Assembly (NCBI GenBank): GCA_965153355.1
Contig: OZ231126.1
Location: 8,742,001 to 8,806,000, forward strand
Direction: 5' to 3'
DNA: 64,000 nucleotides
Source: Flaccisagitta enflata
Taxonomy: Eukaryota
Each line of letters starts with the position of its first letter. Position 1 is the first letter of the stretch. Below the pieces are notes generated by a model. The model worked only from the letters and a program-made list of their open reading frames with translations, was not told the DNA's origin and did no database searches. Shown here in pieces: positions 24,244 to 40,400 of the stretch. Position numbers and translations under genes: made by a program.

Positions 24244-24453
24244 GGGCGTGTTTCTAGTGACCACCAAAACACCTTTGAACGCGTTTACAACATGAACACA
24301 TGTTGTAGAATTTCAACTGTCCCAAAGTGAGTGAGTGAGCTCATGAACGGAGCGCTGCGGAGCGAGTGAGTGGAGCGAGCGAGCGGACGAACTAACGTAG
24401 CGAGCGACTGAGTGGCCCGTTAAAAACACGATTGTCTGTGACTAGAAACGCCC
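24244..24453. mobile_element. Small GGGCGT-terminal MITE (PIF/Harbinger-like)
   Basis: gggcgtgtttctagtgac ... gtgactagaaacgccc with internal (GAGC/GAGT)n. Relatives at about 645-940 (split by a family A copy) and 40863-41134. Confidence 0.7.
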
Positions 24454-25880
24454 TTAGTTTGACACTCAATTCCTTTTTAGGGAGCGGCCCCGAACGAACC
24501 GATGACTTAAGCCACGCTTTCACGCACATGAGGAAATTTCTCCTCTTCGTTTAGAGATGAAAGTGTCTCGTAATCTAGAAGGCTTTAAAACTGCCTCTTT
24601 TCACTGTTATGCTGCTGCTGCTTCTTCTTCTTCTTCTTCTTCTTCTTCTTCTTCTTCTTCTTCTTCTTCTTCTTCTTCTTCTTCTTCTTCTTCTTCAACT
24701 TCTCATCTTCTTCTTCTTCTTCTTTTTTTTTCTTCTTATTTTTTTTCTTCTTCTTCTACTTCTTCTTCCTCTTCTTCTTCTACTTCTTCTTCTACTTCCT
24801 CTTCTTCTTCTTCTTTTTAATGACGGACACGCAACTGTACAACAGACTTTGTTCGTCTGTTGGTCCGTCGGTCGGTTGGTCCGGGATGATCGAGTCGAAA
24901 AGTAGGAAAACGAGCGTTTTAATGCTTTTTGGGCAGCGGCCCCAAAGGGCCAATGTCCTGTTTTCAGACGTCCATACGTCTGTACGTCCGTATGTACGTA
25001 CGTCCCCCCCCCAAATCTTCTCAAGCCTCAAATTCCCATTGAATAACATGGGAAATTGACAAAATACAAGCTTCTCATTGAATAACATAGAAAATTTACA
25101 AAAAAAGTGAAAAATTGCATGATTCCCATTGAATAAGATAGAAAATTAATGAAAATTGAGAAAAAGGTGAAATTCCCATTGAATAACATGGTAAATTGAC
25201 AAGAAATTGAAAAAATGCAAAATTCCTTTTGAATAACATGGAAATGCTTCCAAGGCCTCAAATATGCCCTCTCAGGACGTCTGTGTCCTACAGGATATCG
25301 GCCCTTTGGGGCCGCTGCCCTGCTCTCACTCCAATTCTTCAGCTAATCACTCCAAGTGGCATTACACGCTGACCATGTTCGATCCTTGGATGACTTGTTG
25401 TGTATGGGTGTGGGGGTGGGGGGGCATGGATTGTGGATAGGGGTTGGACGCCCCTGCCCACACGTCTGCAACAATATTGTAACGGTATTGTTACTTGTTA
25501 GGAAATATTCTCTTAAATAAACCTGTTTTCGATCTCGTCATGATTTTTTTGGGCAGCTGCCCCAAAGGGGGCAAAGTCCTGTAGAACACAGGGGGACTTT
25601 CGTTTGTTCTTTCGTCTGTTTGTTTGTTTGTCCCCTCTCTGATCAGTCCTCTTAAGCCTCAAATCAGGCCTCTCAGGCCTCAAATTAGGCCTCCCAGGCC
25701 TCAAATTAGGCTTCTTAGGCCTCAAATCAGGCCTCTCGTGCCTCAATTCATGCTTCTCAGGCCTCTCAGACCTCAAATCGGGATCCTCACGCTTTTCAGA
25801 ACTCATACTACTGGTACATTGAAATAAGATTGTTCAAAAAAATTTTTTTTTCAATCTAAACAAGATTGATTATTTTTTTT

Positions 25881-26056
25881 CATGATGTGAAGATCAGAAG
25901 TGGAAGCGGAAGCGGAAGTGGCAGCGGAAGCGGAAGCGCTTGGTTCTGTGCTTTCGCTTCCGCTTCCGCTTCCATTATGAACCAAAATTTTTTTTTCGCT
26001 TCCGCTTCCGCTTCCGCTTCCATGCTCAAGCTACCGCTCCCGCTTCTGCATATCTA
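25881..26056. repeat. Inverted hexamer arrays (GGAAGC)n/(GCTTCC)n, probable hAT-type MITE remnant
   Basis: The array switches strand at about 25940 and continues as GCTTCC to about 26048. Confidence 0.6.
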
Positions 26057-26258
26057 GTTTTAAGGTTCGAATTCCTTTAAAGTGTTCTTAATCTCCTTGA
26101 TGTACGATGATGTTCAACTAAGTCTATTCATACTATCAATTAGTAGTTTGTGTACCTAAATCAAAAATAGTTGGATATGCCTCCTAGTTTCACAGGCGAA
26201 TAAAAAAGAATATTGTTTTTCCAGAAAAACTATCAAATTTTCTAAAATGTTTTTCGGG

Positions 26259-27088
26259 AAAAAAGTTGAAGTCAGTCTTCGACTTTTTGACATATTCCAG
26301 AGAAACATGGTTTTCATTTTCTTATTAGGATATTAAGGGTCTCAAAGGGGCGAATGTGGCTTCCAATGAAATTGATAGGGTAGGTAAATTTAATAATTCT
26401 TTTTCATTAGGCGCCAAGTGGAATGCTCTACGACAAATATTTTTCAAGTTATGAATTTTTCAATCTTTTTTTACAAAAAAATCAATGAGAATTCTTTTCG
26501 ATTTTTTACAATTTTGTGTAGGTTCAATAAAGAAGTGTATTGATGTCTTTTTAGCATGCAAATACAAAGAAATATGTTCCTTAGTGTAGCTGCTCATCGT
26601 TGAGGGTGCTTTTGAATATTCTAGCTCATTCAGCTCAATTTTTTTCTGTATTTTAAACATAGAGATAAATAGACGTTTTGATACTTGTCTTAGCATGCAA
26701 ATACAAGAAAGCATGTCAGTGAGCATAGCTGCTCATCTGTGAGGGTGTTTTTCAGTATTCTAGCTCACTTAGCTCATTTAGCTTAGTTTTTTAAAATTTC
26801 AAATGGGATGAATAAATGTTTTGATATGGGTTTGAGCATTTAAATACAAGAACATGTCAGTGAGCATAACTGATCATCTGTGTAAGTGATTTTGAGTGTT
26901 TTAGCTTAGCGAGCTCATTTGTCTCATTCCTATTATTCTCTGATTTTCAGTGCATTCAATACATACAATTGCTCTTGATTTGATCTAACAAATAAAAAAA
27001 ATCGCAGTAGCTGAAGTTGGAAGCATAGTGAAAAATGATCAATGCTTATGACTTTTTTCCTCACGGCGATAGACGCCATTGCTGGTAT
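26259..27088 (+). repeat. Dispersed ~820-bp repeat, copy 1
   Basis: Colinear with 42698-43508 (gaagtcagtcttcgac...tagctcatttagct subrepeats...gccatt.ctggta). Confidence 0.8.
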
Positions 27089-27139
27089 GATTATCAGTTA
27101 TTGTAATATTCTTTTATTCCTTTAGTTGCTTAATTAGGT

Positions 27140-30100
27140 TTCAGATAATTCGCGCCCGATGGTGGGCCAGTGGCGATTCAATGGCGAATGACTTATCAGA
27201 CTTTTGCTGGGCTTGACCCGCTATCGTGCGCGTGGTCTTTGAAACTTTTAGGCGGTGAAAGAAACTAGCTTCGTTTCAGCGATCAGAACTTACATCTGTG
27301 TCGACAATGGCGGCCTTCCTTGTCTTTCTCCTCGTCCTCTCCGTTGTCGAAAAACCATCAACATGCTATCGTGCGTCCACAAATTCAACATCTCCTTCGC
27401 CGCAACAATGCGACTTTCAACCGCGTTTTTTACAACAGCAACCTCAGCATCAACATCATCTACAACAGCAGAAACAACAACGACAGCATCTTCTTCTATC
27501 CGGCGACATTCATCTTCATCCCGGCCCTCAACGCTCAGAGGAAAAAAAGATAAGAAAGGTTGCTTATCCCTGTGTCGATTGTGGAAAGGGTGTCACGAAG
27601 GCCAGTAAGGCCATCGAATGCGATATATGTTTGAAATGGACGCATGTTCGCTGCTCACTGTCGGTCTCCATCGCTAAATATAACGAATGTGTAAGAGAAG
27701 GCAGAGAAATTGCGTTTGTTTGTGACCTCTGCAGCCTCTCGTCTCTACCTTTCTCTAACGACGATGGTGTCGGCGGATTTGGATCTGACGCTGAAATTTG
27801 TTCCAATGTGTCTGCCGTCTCTTTTAATTCGACTTCCGTTTCTTCTCATCCGACTTCCGTTTCTTCTCATCCGACTTCCGCTTCTTCTCATCCGACTTCC
27901 GCTTCTAATCTGACCTCCGCTTCTTCCAATTCGACTTCCGCTTCTTCCAATTCGACTTCGGCTTCTTCCAATTCGACTTCCGCTAAATCGTTTCCCTCGT
28001 GTCCTATTCCTAGCGTCCTAACGTCCAAGGGTCTTCATTTTCTACATTCGAACGTGCGTTCTCTTCTTCCCAAACTCCCTGAGATGAAACTCTTCTTGTC
28101 CCGCACCAAGGCCGCTGTTTTTGCAGTCTCTGAGACGTGGCTAGACTCCACGGTAGGCGATGGCGAAGTGGCCGTTCCTGGCTTCAACGTCATACGGCGG
28201 GAGCGGAACCGTAATGGAGGTGGGGTCGCGATGTACGTTCGTGACTCAATTGCCTTCAATCCTCGACCGGACCTCGCCGTTGATGGTCTTGAGGCGTCTT
28301 GGATTGAACTCCTCTTTCCGCGGACAAAGGGTATCCTCGTTTGTTCGGTATATCGTCCGCCAAATGACGGGGGATTTCTATCCAAGTTTGAACTTTCACT
28401 CTCTAAAATTTCCCCTGGAACTGAGTTTCATATTCTCGGGGATGTCAACATTGATTGCTTACAGAGATGTTCTCCCCTTTTGTCCAAGTATAAGGAAATA
28501 TTGGATTTTTTTGGTTGCACTCAGTTGATCACTGAACCAACAAGAATCACCCCTACATCTTCTTCTCTCATTGATCATGTTATTACTAACGTGAGTGATT
28601 TAATAGTGGAGAGTGTGGTGATTCTCAATGGTTTCAGTGATCATCTGATTGTTTATTGTTCTAGGCACAGTAGCAAGGATTTTTGTTCTGGTTCAAATGT
28701 GCGGTTTGTTCGTTCATTTAAATTTTATTCGAAGTACTCATTTCTTAGTGAACTGGGGAAGATTGACTGGTCTCCTATTCTTTCGTTGGATGATGTAAAC
28801 TTTTGTCTGTCTGAATTCAATTGTTTGTTTCGCTCTGCGATTGACACTGTTGCCCCATTGCGGGAGGTTCGTGTTAGGAACAAGATAAACCCATGGATGA
28901 ACGCGGATATCTTATCTTTAATACGTAAAAGAGACAGCCTTTTTTCTCGTTTTAAGAGGGACCGTTCCAATACTGTTGTGTATAAGGAATATTGCCGGGT
29001 TCGCAATAAAGTTCAGAGAGACATCAAATGGGCCAAGGAAATTTTTTTTAAAAATGGGGTTGAAAGGAATAGGGGTAATTCGGGGAAATTGTGGAACCAT
29101 TTGAAGTCTCTCGGCTTTAGTAAAAAGACGTCTAATTCATCCTCTATCGTTTTGGAACAGGATAATGTGAAGGTTTTTGACTCGTTTAATGTTGCTCGTA
29201 TTTTGAATGAGTTTTATACGTCGGTAGCAAGTGATCTGCTCTCAAAACTACCCAATCCCCTTGGTCTCTTTCACACGGCATCTGAGATTTTTAGAAGTTT
29301 TTACTCTAGTAAAATTGGTTTGCATCCTTCTTTTTGTCTCTCACCTGTCACGGGCCAATTTATTCGGGGTCAGCTTATGTCTTTGAATGTCAAAAAGGCG
29401 GTTGGGCTAGATGATATTTCTTCTCTTTTTCTAAGGGATGGTACGGATTGTATTGTAACGCCGGTAAAGCATATCATCAATCTTTCTATCATTACCGAAA
29501 CTGTTCCTGACTCATTTAAAAAGGCTAAAGTTATCCCACTGTTTAAAAAAGGTTCTACTTTAGATCCCGGCAATTACAGACCGGTCAGCATTCTAAATGT
29601 TCTTTCAAAAATCTTGGAACGTGCAGCTCACTCCCAACTTAGTGAATATTTGGAAAAGCGTGATTTACTTTTCGAGAATCAATCTGGATTCAGAGGGGGT
29701 TATTCTACTGATTCATGTTTAATTGGCCTGACGGATTTTATTAGAAGTGAAATTGGTAAAGGTTATTTGGTCGGCATGGTTCTGATCGATTTACAAAAGG
29801 CCTTTGACACTGTAGATCACTCTATTCTTCGTGAGAAGCTGAAATCTATTGGTATGTCTTCCACGGTTTGGTTTGAATCATATCTTTCGAATCGTAGTCA
29901 ATGTGTTGATATTGGTGGTACTCGGTCAGAATTTTTGCCTGTCACCTGCGGAGTTCCCCAAGGTAGTATTCTTGGCCCCTTGCTGTTTCTCATCTACATC
30001 AACGATATGAATATTAGCCTAACTTGTAGACTTTCACTTTACGCTGATGATTCCGCGCTAATTTTTGCCCATTGCGATCCTAAGGTCATCTCAGATCGTT

Positions 30101-31108
30101 TAAGTAGTGAGTTGTCAACCTGCAAAAGTTGGCTTGTGGACAACAGGCTGTCCCTTCACGTGGGAAAGACGGAGTCTTTGCTCTTTGGCTCAAAGAGAAG
30201 ATTGAAGGGGGCAGATGATTTTCGGGTTCACTGTGATGGGACGCCTGTTGAGCGCAAGTCCGACGTAAAATATCTTGGAGTATTATTGGATGCGAATTTG
30301 AATGGTTCCGTACACGCAGGGAACTTAATGAAGCTTTGTGCGGGTAGATTGGCTTTTCTTTACCGTCAATCGTCTCTTTTGGATAAAAAATGCCGACAAA
30401 CATTATGCTCAGCTCTTATTCAGCCATACATGGATTATTGCTGTAGTTCGTGGTACAGTGCTTTATCTGTAGCCTTAAAGGAAAGGTTGAACGTCATTCA
30501 GCGGAAGATGGTACGATTTGTTTTCAGCCTAGATAATCGTGCTCATGTAGACTGTTCTAACTTACGAGAATTAGCATGGTTAAGCGTTCCAGACCGAGTT
30601 AAATTTTTCAAATTGATGCATCTGTTTCGTGTACGTCATAATTTGGCTCCCTCTTACCTCATGCCTAATTTCAAACTTATATCGGTTGCCCATTCTCACA
30701 ACACTCGCGGAAGTAGAATTTTCACTTGTCTCGGGAATTGTCTCTGTTCTCCAACGGATTCGCGTATACGGCAATCAAACATTGGAATGAACTTCCAGAA
30801 TCTCTCAAGTCTATTGACGAGTTTAAAGTCTTTAAGCGCAAATTGAAGGAGTATCTAATCACTCAGTATGAATGATTTGCACGGATTTTATTGACGGATT
30901 TTCTGGTTTTGTTACGGCTTAATTTTTTACGATCCATGATTTTATATCTTTTACTATTTTATGAATTTTTTGTTATGGACCCCGTTGGAAAAAAGTCTTT
31001 TTAAACGACTTTCATGGGCTATCCATCGAATGCGACTGCTTACAATATTCTCAACCTCATTGTAATTTGTGTCGTTTCGTAAATAAATTCATTCATTCAT
31101 TCATTCAT
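27140..31108 (+). mobile_element. Near full-length CR1/L2-group non-LTR retrotransposon
   Basis: Long PHD-APE-RT ORF, 3' UTR, AATAAA and an (ATTC)n tail at about 31082-31108. The 5' boundary is approximate and no TSD was identified. Confidence 0.93.
27307..30875 (+). CDS. LINE polyprotein: leader, 2A-like motif, PHD finger, APE endonuclease, RT (frameshift near 30715)
   Basis: ATG at 27307. PHD C4HC3 at about 27571-27733. APE motifs HSNVRSL, SETWL, GGGV, VYRPP, GDVN, IDH, FSDH. RT motifs NYRPVS, QSGFR, DLQKAFD, GVPQGSILGP, YADD, KYLG. The canonical C-terminus (FAYTAIKHWNELP...FKRKLKEYL) lies in a shifted frame ending at 30875. Confidence 0.9.
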
Positions 31109-32574
31109 ACTAAACAAATTATCGTGAAAGTTGTCGAAACTGAATCTCAGCCTGGGCATTATTTCATTTCATTCTTAAAATTTCAGCAAATCTCAGGCTC
31201 TTGTCTTTTTTAAAAACAAGGCCTGATACACGGCAAGACAGTCGCGGACGGTTGGACAGGGGCCGTAATGCAAAAACTACTAGCGGTTCAGAAATATTTG
31301 GGACCTACCGACCGACACGGCAAGGTGTAGAGTTGCGCGTTCGCGACTAAAAAGTCTCTTATCGTATAACAAACCCGATGCGTCCTCATTTGAGGTATGT
31401 GCATAGAAAACATTGTGGCAAGAAGTGATGTGGGGTCACAATATCATCGCGGACGGATGGGCAAGGGCGTCCAACCCCCATCCAGCCCCCCCCCCCCCCG
31501 CTCGTTTTTCCACTTTTCGACTCAATCATAACGGCCGATTGATGAAAAGACAAAGCCTCTCATAGAGTTGCATGTCCGCGACTAAAAAGGTGTGACTGAT
31601 CCTAATTGTTTATCTTTACTAACAAGTATTGTTTCAAAAACATGGGCAGAAAAATAGTATGGCGCAAAATTCATGAATGGGGCAAGAAATATTAGAATAA
31701 TCCTCTAAATCAGAAAGAGAGATAAATCAAATTTTGGTGGTAGAAGGGACAGGAGCACAACGACAAGAAATTGTAATGATAGGTAAGTAACGCAGCTCAA
31801 GAGGATGCATCTAAAAATGATTGGGGGTGGTTGGTGGGGTTTTGGAAAAGGGGCAATTGATGGATGGACTGACAGACAGACCCACTTATTGCAATGCGAG
31901 GACGCATCATAAGATAAATAAAAAAAGATAAAAGAAGAAACAAAAAAAGGAAGAAAGATAAAATAAGAAACAAAAGATAGAAGGAAACAAAGAAAGAAAG
32001 AAAGACAGTAAGGAGACAAGGAAAGGAAAAAAAAACAAAGAAACGAAAATCAAAGAAAAAAGAAAGAAAGAACGAAAAAGAGAAAAAGAAAGAACGAGAG
32101 AGAGAATAAGGCCATTACCTATAAGTCGCGTGCGAGACTTTTAGATTGACTTAGAATGACTTAGAATGACTCAGTATACGCTTAAATGATTTTAAAAGAC
32201 TTAAAGAAATAAAATTGATAAAAAAAAGTAAAAATGTGACGGACCGACAGACTGACGGACGGACGGACGGACAGACGGACGGACGGACAGACGGACGGAC
32301 AGACGGACGGACGGACGGATGGACGAATGGACGGACGGACGGACTGATGGACGGACGGACGGACGGACAGACGGATGGATTGACAGACGGACAGACAGAC
32401 TGACGGACGGACGGACGGACGGACGCGGACGGACGGACAAAGCGAGGTGTAGAGTCGCGTGCACGCGACTAGAAATGTGACGGACGGACCTACCGACCGA
32501 CACGGCAAGGTGTAGAGTTGCGTGTCCGCTCCTAAAAATCATCATCATCAAAAAAAAAAAAAAAAAAAAAAAAA

Positions 32575-32678
<104 letters not shown>

Positions 32679-32970
32679 CTAGACCATTTGGGCAGGAGCA
32701 GTGAGGTAAAAAAAAAATCATAAAAAAAGTAAAGTGTAACCGACAGGCCGACCGGCCGACCGACGGACAAAGCGGGGTGTAGAGTCGCGTGCACGCGACT
32801 AACAATGATTAATTAATCATGAGGTTTCCATCGGCGTTGGAAGTCAGGTCATTAAAGAAATCATTGGCCTGAATCTTTCGTTATTGGATTCAATGGAATC
32901 GATAGATTGACTTTTAATAATCGGATTTGTTCTCAACGATTTAATAATGCGCAAAATTAACAAAAAATCA

Positions 32971-33313
<343 letters not shown>

Positions 33314-34201
33314 GATTTCACGCACGTGCGTCCGCGCTTGATCTTTTTCGGCGACGCGGTTCATCTCTCGTTCAAACTCGCGTTTTTTGCTTTTTGCGCG
33401 AGTTTGAGTTTTTGTCTGCGCAAAGTCTGCTTAAAGGTAGTTTGAAGAGACGGAGACATAACGAACCTCACGATAACGAACCTCATGGTAAGCTACGCGA
33501 CTCTACAATTCAAACTTTGTCCGTGCGCGACAAGTCAATGCGCGGAACTTGTACAAAGCAAATGATGATTTTTTTTCCCTTTCTTTCTCCTTCTTTCTCT
33601 CAGCGATCATGTACATGTGCCTCTCTGTGAGCAAAAATTTCCTCGATAAATGAATTGAATATCATCATGCGAAAGTCCCTAAATTAACAACCCCGATGAA
33701 AAAAAAAGAAACTTAAAGAATAACGTGAATCAACGAATGGAGACAAAACTGTCACAGTGATGATCCTCACTCGTTAATCTTAATTATGATACTTCCATCA
33801 CTCAATTCGCTTGCAAAGCGGATTAAATGCTTAAATGTTTTCTCTGTTCCAACGTCCCAATTTGACTATACCAATGAACAAGCACAATGACTTAAAAAAC
33901 AATTTGACCAGCAACGAAGTCAATCATGTCGGCTAAACCATGACCATGGCCGTTGACTCGCTACAATCCAAAAAACGATTTAATCAAAATGTAAAAGAAG
34001 GATTTTAAATGTAGGAAACAAAAAGTAAAAAAGAATCTAGGTTGAAATGACAAAGACCCCCAATAGTCGCCTTCCGATCATCATTTTACAATTTGCGAAT
34101 TAGAATGTGACATGTGAATTTTTAAAAATATCCTCTAAGAATGGAGGTAAATCGTGCACGCGCGGCTCACGCACACGCACAAACGCACGCGCACGCACAC
34201 T

Positions 34202-36825
34202 GGGGAGCTTGCTCGGCACGCAATTTTTTTTAGGCATCGCAGTGACTCAAAGTATCACCCACTCTTCACAAAAATCCACCAATTTCAAGGAAAATGACCT
34301 CAATCAAGTTTCTAGTGTTCCGCACCACGGTTACTGATACAATGAAGAACTATTTTTTTTTTAAATTTTTAGTTGCGTGCACGCGACTCTACAACCCGCT
34401 CTGTCTGTCTGTCTGTTGGTTGGTCTGTCGGTCACGCTTAGCTTTTTTTTGCCGCCCCTGCCCACCCGCACGCGACTAAGGTAGCATGGTATCCAGCCAT
34501 GTTTTTTCTCTGTTGCATTTGATTTAAGGCAGTTCTCACTGATTACGTGATTGCCACCTTATTTCTTACGTTATTTTCATTTTTTTAGTTTCTGCAATGC
34601 AACTCTATAAGAGGCTTTGTCTGTCCGTCCCTCCGTCTGTTCATCCAGATACTTTTTGTGTATGTCTGAGCAGCAGTATAGGGTATAGGACTCTTGGGAA
34701 GTCTATGAAAGTTCGTTGTTGGAAAGCAAAAGAAATTAAAGAAAGGGAGAAAAAAAGAAAGGAAGAAAAAGAAAGAAAAAAAGACAGAGTAACAAAGAAT
34801 GACAGAAAGAGGAAAACAAGTGACGCTGTGTTACAATATCGTCGCAGATGGGTAGGTGGGGGCATACAGCCCCACTCCACACACCTCTTACCCTGAAATA
34901 CACAGGAGGCATCTCTGTTTTTGGCTTGCGGCCTCGAAAGGACAAAGTCCTTTAGAACACAGGGGGACTTTCGTTAGTTCACCTAATCATTCATTTGGTC
35001 ATCCGTCCATCCCCCCAGGCCCTCTCAGCCCTGAGATCTGCCCTGTGAAGCCTGAAATCTGCCCTATCAGGACTGATTTCTACCCTCTCAAGCCTGATAT
35101 CTGCCCTCAGGCCTGCAATCTGTCTTCTCAGGCCTTAAATCTGCTCCTTCAGACCTGAGAGGGTAGAATTCAGGTCTCTCCGCCTCTGTCTCTCTCCGCC
35201 TCTGTCTCTCTCCACCTCTGTCTCTCTCCGCCTCTGTCTCTCTCCACCTCTGTCTCTCTCCACCTCTGTCTCTCTCCGCCTCTGTCTCTCTCCGCCTCTG
35301 TCTCTCTCCGCCTCTGTCTCTCTCCGCCTCTGTCTCTCTCCGCCTCTTTCTCTCTCCGCCTCTGTCTCTCTCCGCCTCTGTCTCTCTCCGCCTCTGTCTC
35401 TCTCCGCCTCTGTCTCTCTCCGCCTCTGTCTCTCTCCGCCTCTGTCTCTCTCCGCCTCTGTCTCTCTCCGCCTCTGTCTCTCTCCGCCTCTGTCTCTCTC
35501 CGCCTCTGTCTCTCTCCATCTCTCTCTGTCTCTGTTTCTCTCTGTCTCTCTGTGTCTCTCTCTATCTCTGTCTTTCTCCATCTCTGTCTCTGTTTCTCTG
35601 AATCTCTGTCTCTCTCCATCTCTCTGTCTTTGTCTGCCTCTCTGTCTCTGTCTCTATGTCTTTGTGTCTCTGTGTCTCTCTGTGTCTCTGTCTTGGGGCT
35701 GGGATTTGAGCCTTGGGGCTGGGAGTTGAGCCTTGAGGCTGGGATTTGAGCCTCGAGGCTCAGATTTGAGCCTTGGGGCTGGGATTTGAGCCTTGGGGCT
35801 AGGATTTAAGCCTCGAGACTGGGATTTGAGCCTTGAGGCTGAGATTTGAGTCTCAGGGCGGGGGGGGACGCACGTACGCACAGACGAACGAATTAAAGTC
35901 CCCCCCGTGTTCTACAGGACATCGTCCCCTTTGGGGCCGCTGCCCAAAAAGAAGAAGAAGAAGAAGAAGAAAAAGAAGAAGATGAAGGAGAAGGAGGAGA
36001 AAATAACCCCATGTGTGAAAGAAAAGGTCAACAGCCCCTTTGGGGCCGCTGCCCAAAAAGGAAGAAAATAATAACAAAATGTTCTTGTACGGAAAAATTT
36101 TTTGTACAAAAATTTTTTTTTTGTTGGCTCTAGATTTTTATTAAGAAAGAAATTTGAGGAATTATTGTTGCATTTTGAGGATGCTTTTCATGCGTTAACA
36201 GCGGGTATTCACCACGCTGTCCACGCATCTCTATACGTATGAGTTGATTAGGTGGTTTGTTGGTCTTTCAGTCTGTTTGTCAGCTGTGCTTGAGCTGAAA
36301 AGTTTCAAAAACACAAAAAGAGGCTTTTCTTATGCAAAGGAATGAATAGAGCATATACAATAACTGACCCTGCCCCTGCCCCTCATTCTGTCAAATATCA
36401 CTGCACTTGTCCAGCTGCACAAAGATTGCAAAGAATGCAGGAATGCACAAAGATTGCACCGGTTTTGAAGAAAAAGCCATCATGCATCAGTGGGAAGAGT
36501 GAGTTTAACCAACATATCTCTAGCTGGGCACTGTGGGCAGGATCAGTGATATAGCCCATGTTTAGGGTACATGAAGCACATGGGCAGGGGCAATGAGGCC
36601 AAAAATAAGTGACAATTGGATGGACATCCCACCATTGCTTTATATGAAGTTTAGTGCAAAAATGATCGCATTGCAGAATTCCAACAACAAAAACCACCTT
36701 GGTGCGGAACGCTAGAAATTAATCTGAGGTCATTTCCCTTGAAACTGAAGGATTTTTGTGAAAAGTTGGTGATATTCTGAGTCACTGCGATGCCTAGAAA
36801 AAATTGTGTGTCGAGCAAGCCCCCC
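34202..36825. mobile_element. Non-autonomous TIR element with ~130-bp TIRs (Mutator-like)
   Basis: 34202-34332 is an imperfect inverted copy of about 36697-36825. Flanks cacgcacact / aacgcacacg form an imperfect direct repeat. Confidence 0.72.
35176..35517 (+). repeat. 16-bp minisatellite
   Basis: (tctctctccgcctctg)n, about 21 copies. Confidence 0.95.
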
Positions 36826-38029
36826 AACGCACACGCTCATGCACACGCAGATGCAAACTCATCATTATTGAATGATCTTACATTCCTTCTTCTCTTGTGA
36901 GTCATTGAAACTCGACTAAAGCAATTTGTATGCAATAAGATTCAAAAGATTTTTTTGTCAGCAAAGTCAAAAAGGAAACTTTAAAAGGAAAAGCTTAGGA
37001 AGCAAAAGAAAAATAAACAAATAAGAAAACAAGCCCGATCAGGCAACGATGCGTCCTGACTGCATTTCTGTGCGTAGCGACTTCGGCACTAGATTTGGTT
37101 TGACTGACAGATGAAAAGACTTATTATCAGATCAAAAGAGGCTCTCAGAACATTCTAACGAGTGTTTGACTTGATCCTTAACATCCTCACGGCTGAAAAG
37201 GGCCAAAAACTTCGATTTTCAAGGAGGCGTAACGGACCGACCGACCGACCGACGGACCGACCGACCGACCGACGGACGGACCGACAGACCCTCTTATAGA
37301 GATGCGAGGACGCATCTAAAAAGCCGAAGCAAAAGTAAAATAAACGCGGAAAAAATTCCGGAGAAGAAGAAGAAAATTCCAAAGGAAATAAAAGAGAGAA
37401 AAAAAAGTTAGAAAAGAGAGAATAAGAAAAAGACTGAAGGAAATATCGTAGTAAGTACAAAAAACTTTCGTTACGATATCCCTGGGTGTCGTTTTTGCGA
37501 GCTTATTGCGTCGAAAATATTTCAGTGAATGTCAAGGCCCGAGACACACACTCGCCCGCCCCAGTCGCCCGCGCGATAAGGGGCAGGGGTAGGGGCAGCG
37601 ACAGGAGAACATCGAATTGTAATCGATAGACAGACGAAATGAGGGGCCACCCGGGGTCATCACACAGACAGACTTAGCAGAGGAGCTTATAGAGACAGAC
37701 ATTTACGACTTTATACTGAAAATGTCGTTTCAGTGAATCGCGAAAAAGGCAAAGAAAAAATGAGGGAGAAAAAAGAGCAGCGACCTGCAAACGTAGCAGA
37801 AGAGGACAATTCAACCGATTAGGACAATCATGCCATAAACACATATCACCCATTCACTAAATCTTCCTTAAAAACAAGTTTGCCAAGGACAATGTTGTCA
37901 GTGTCGATTTGGTCAAGGACAAGATTTTGATACAGAAAGGATGGCTGGGATTTTGTCGACACAAATTCGTCCCCCGAAGACAACAATTTTTTTTGTCATC
38001 GATTTCTGCGTGTGCCAATTTGAAACCAA

Positions 38030-40400
<2,371 letters not shown>

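Noticed and set aside
35088-35619. Arg/Glu-rich repeat ORFs
   Set aside because: Translation of a 16-bp minisatellite in all three minus-strand frames.
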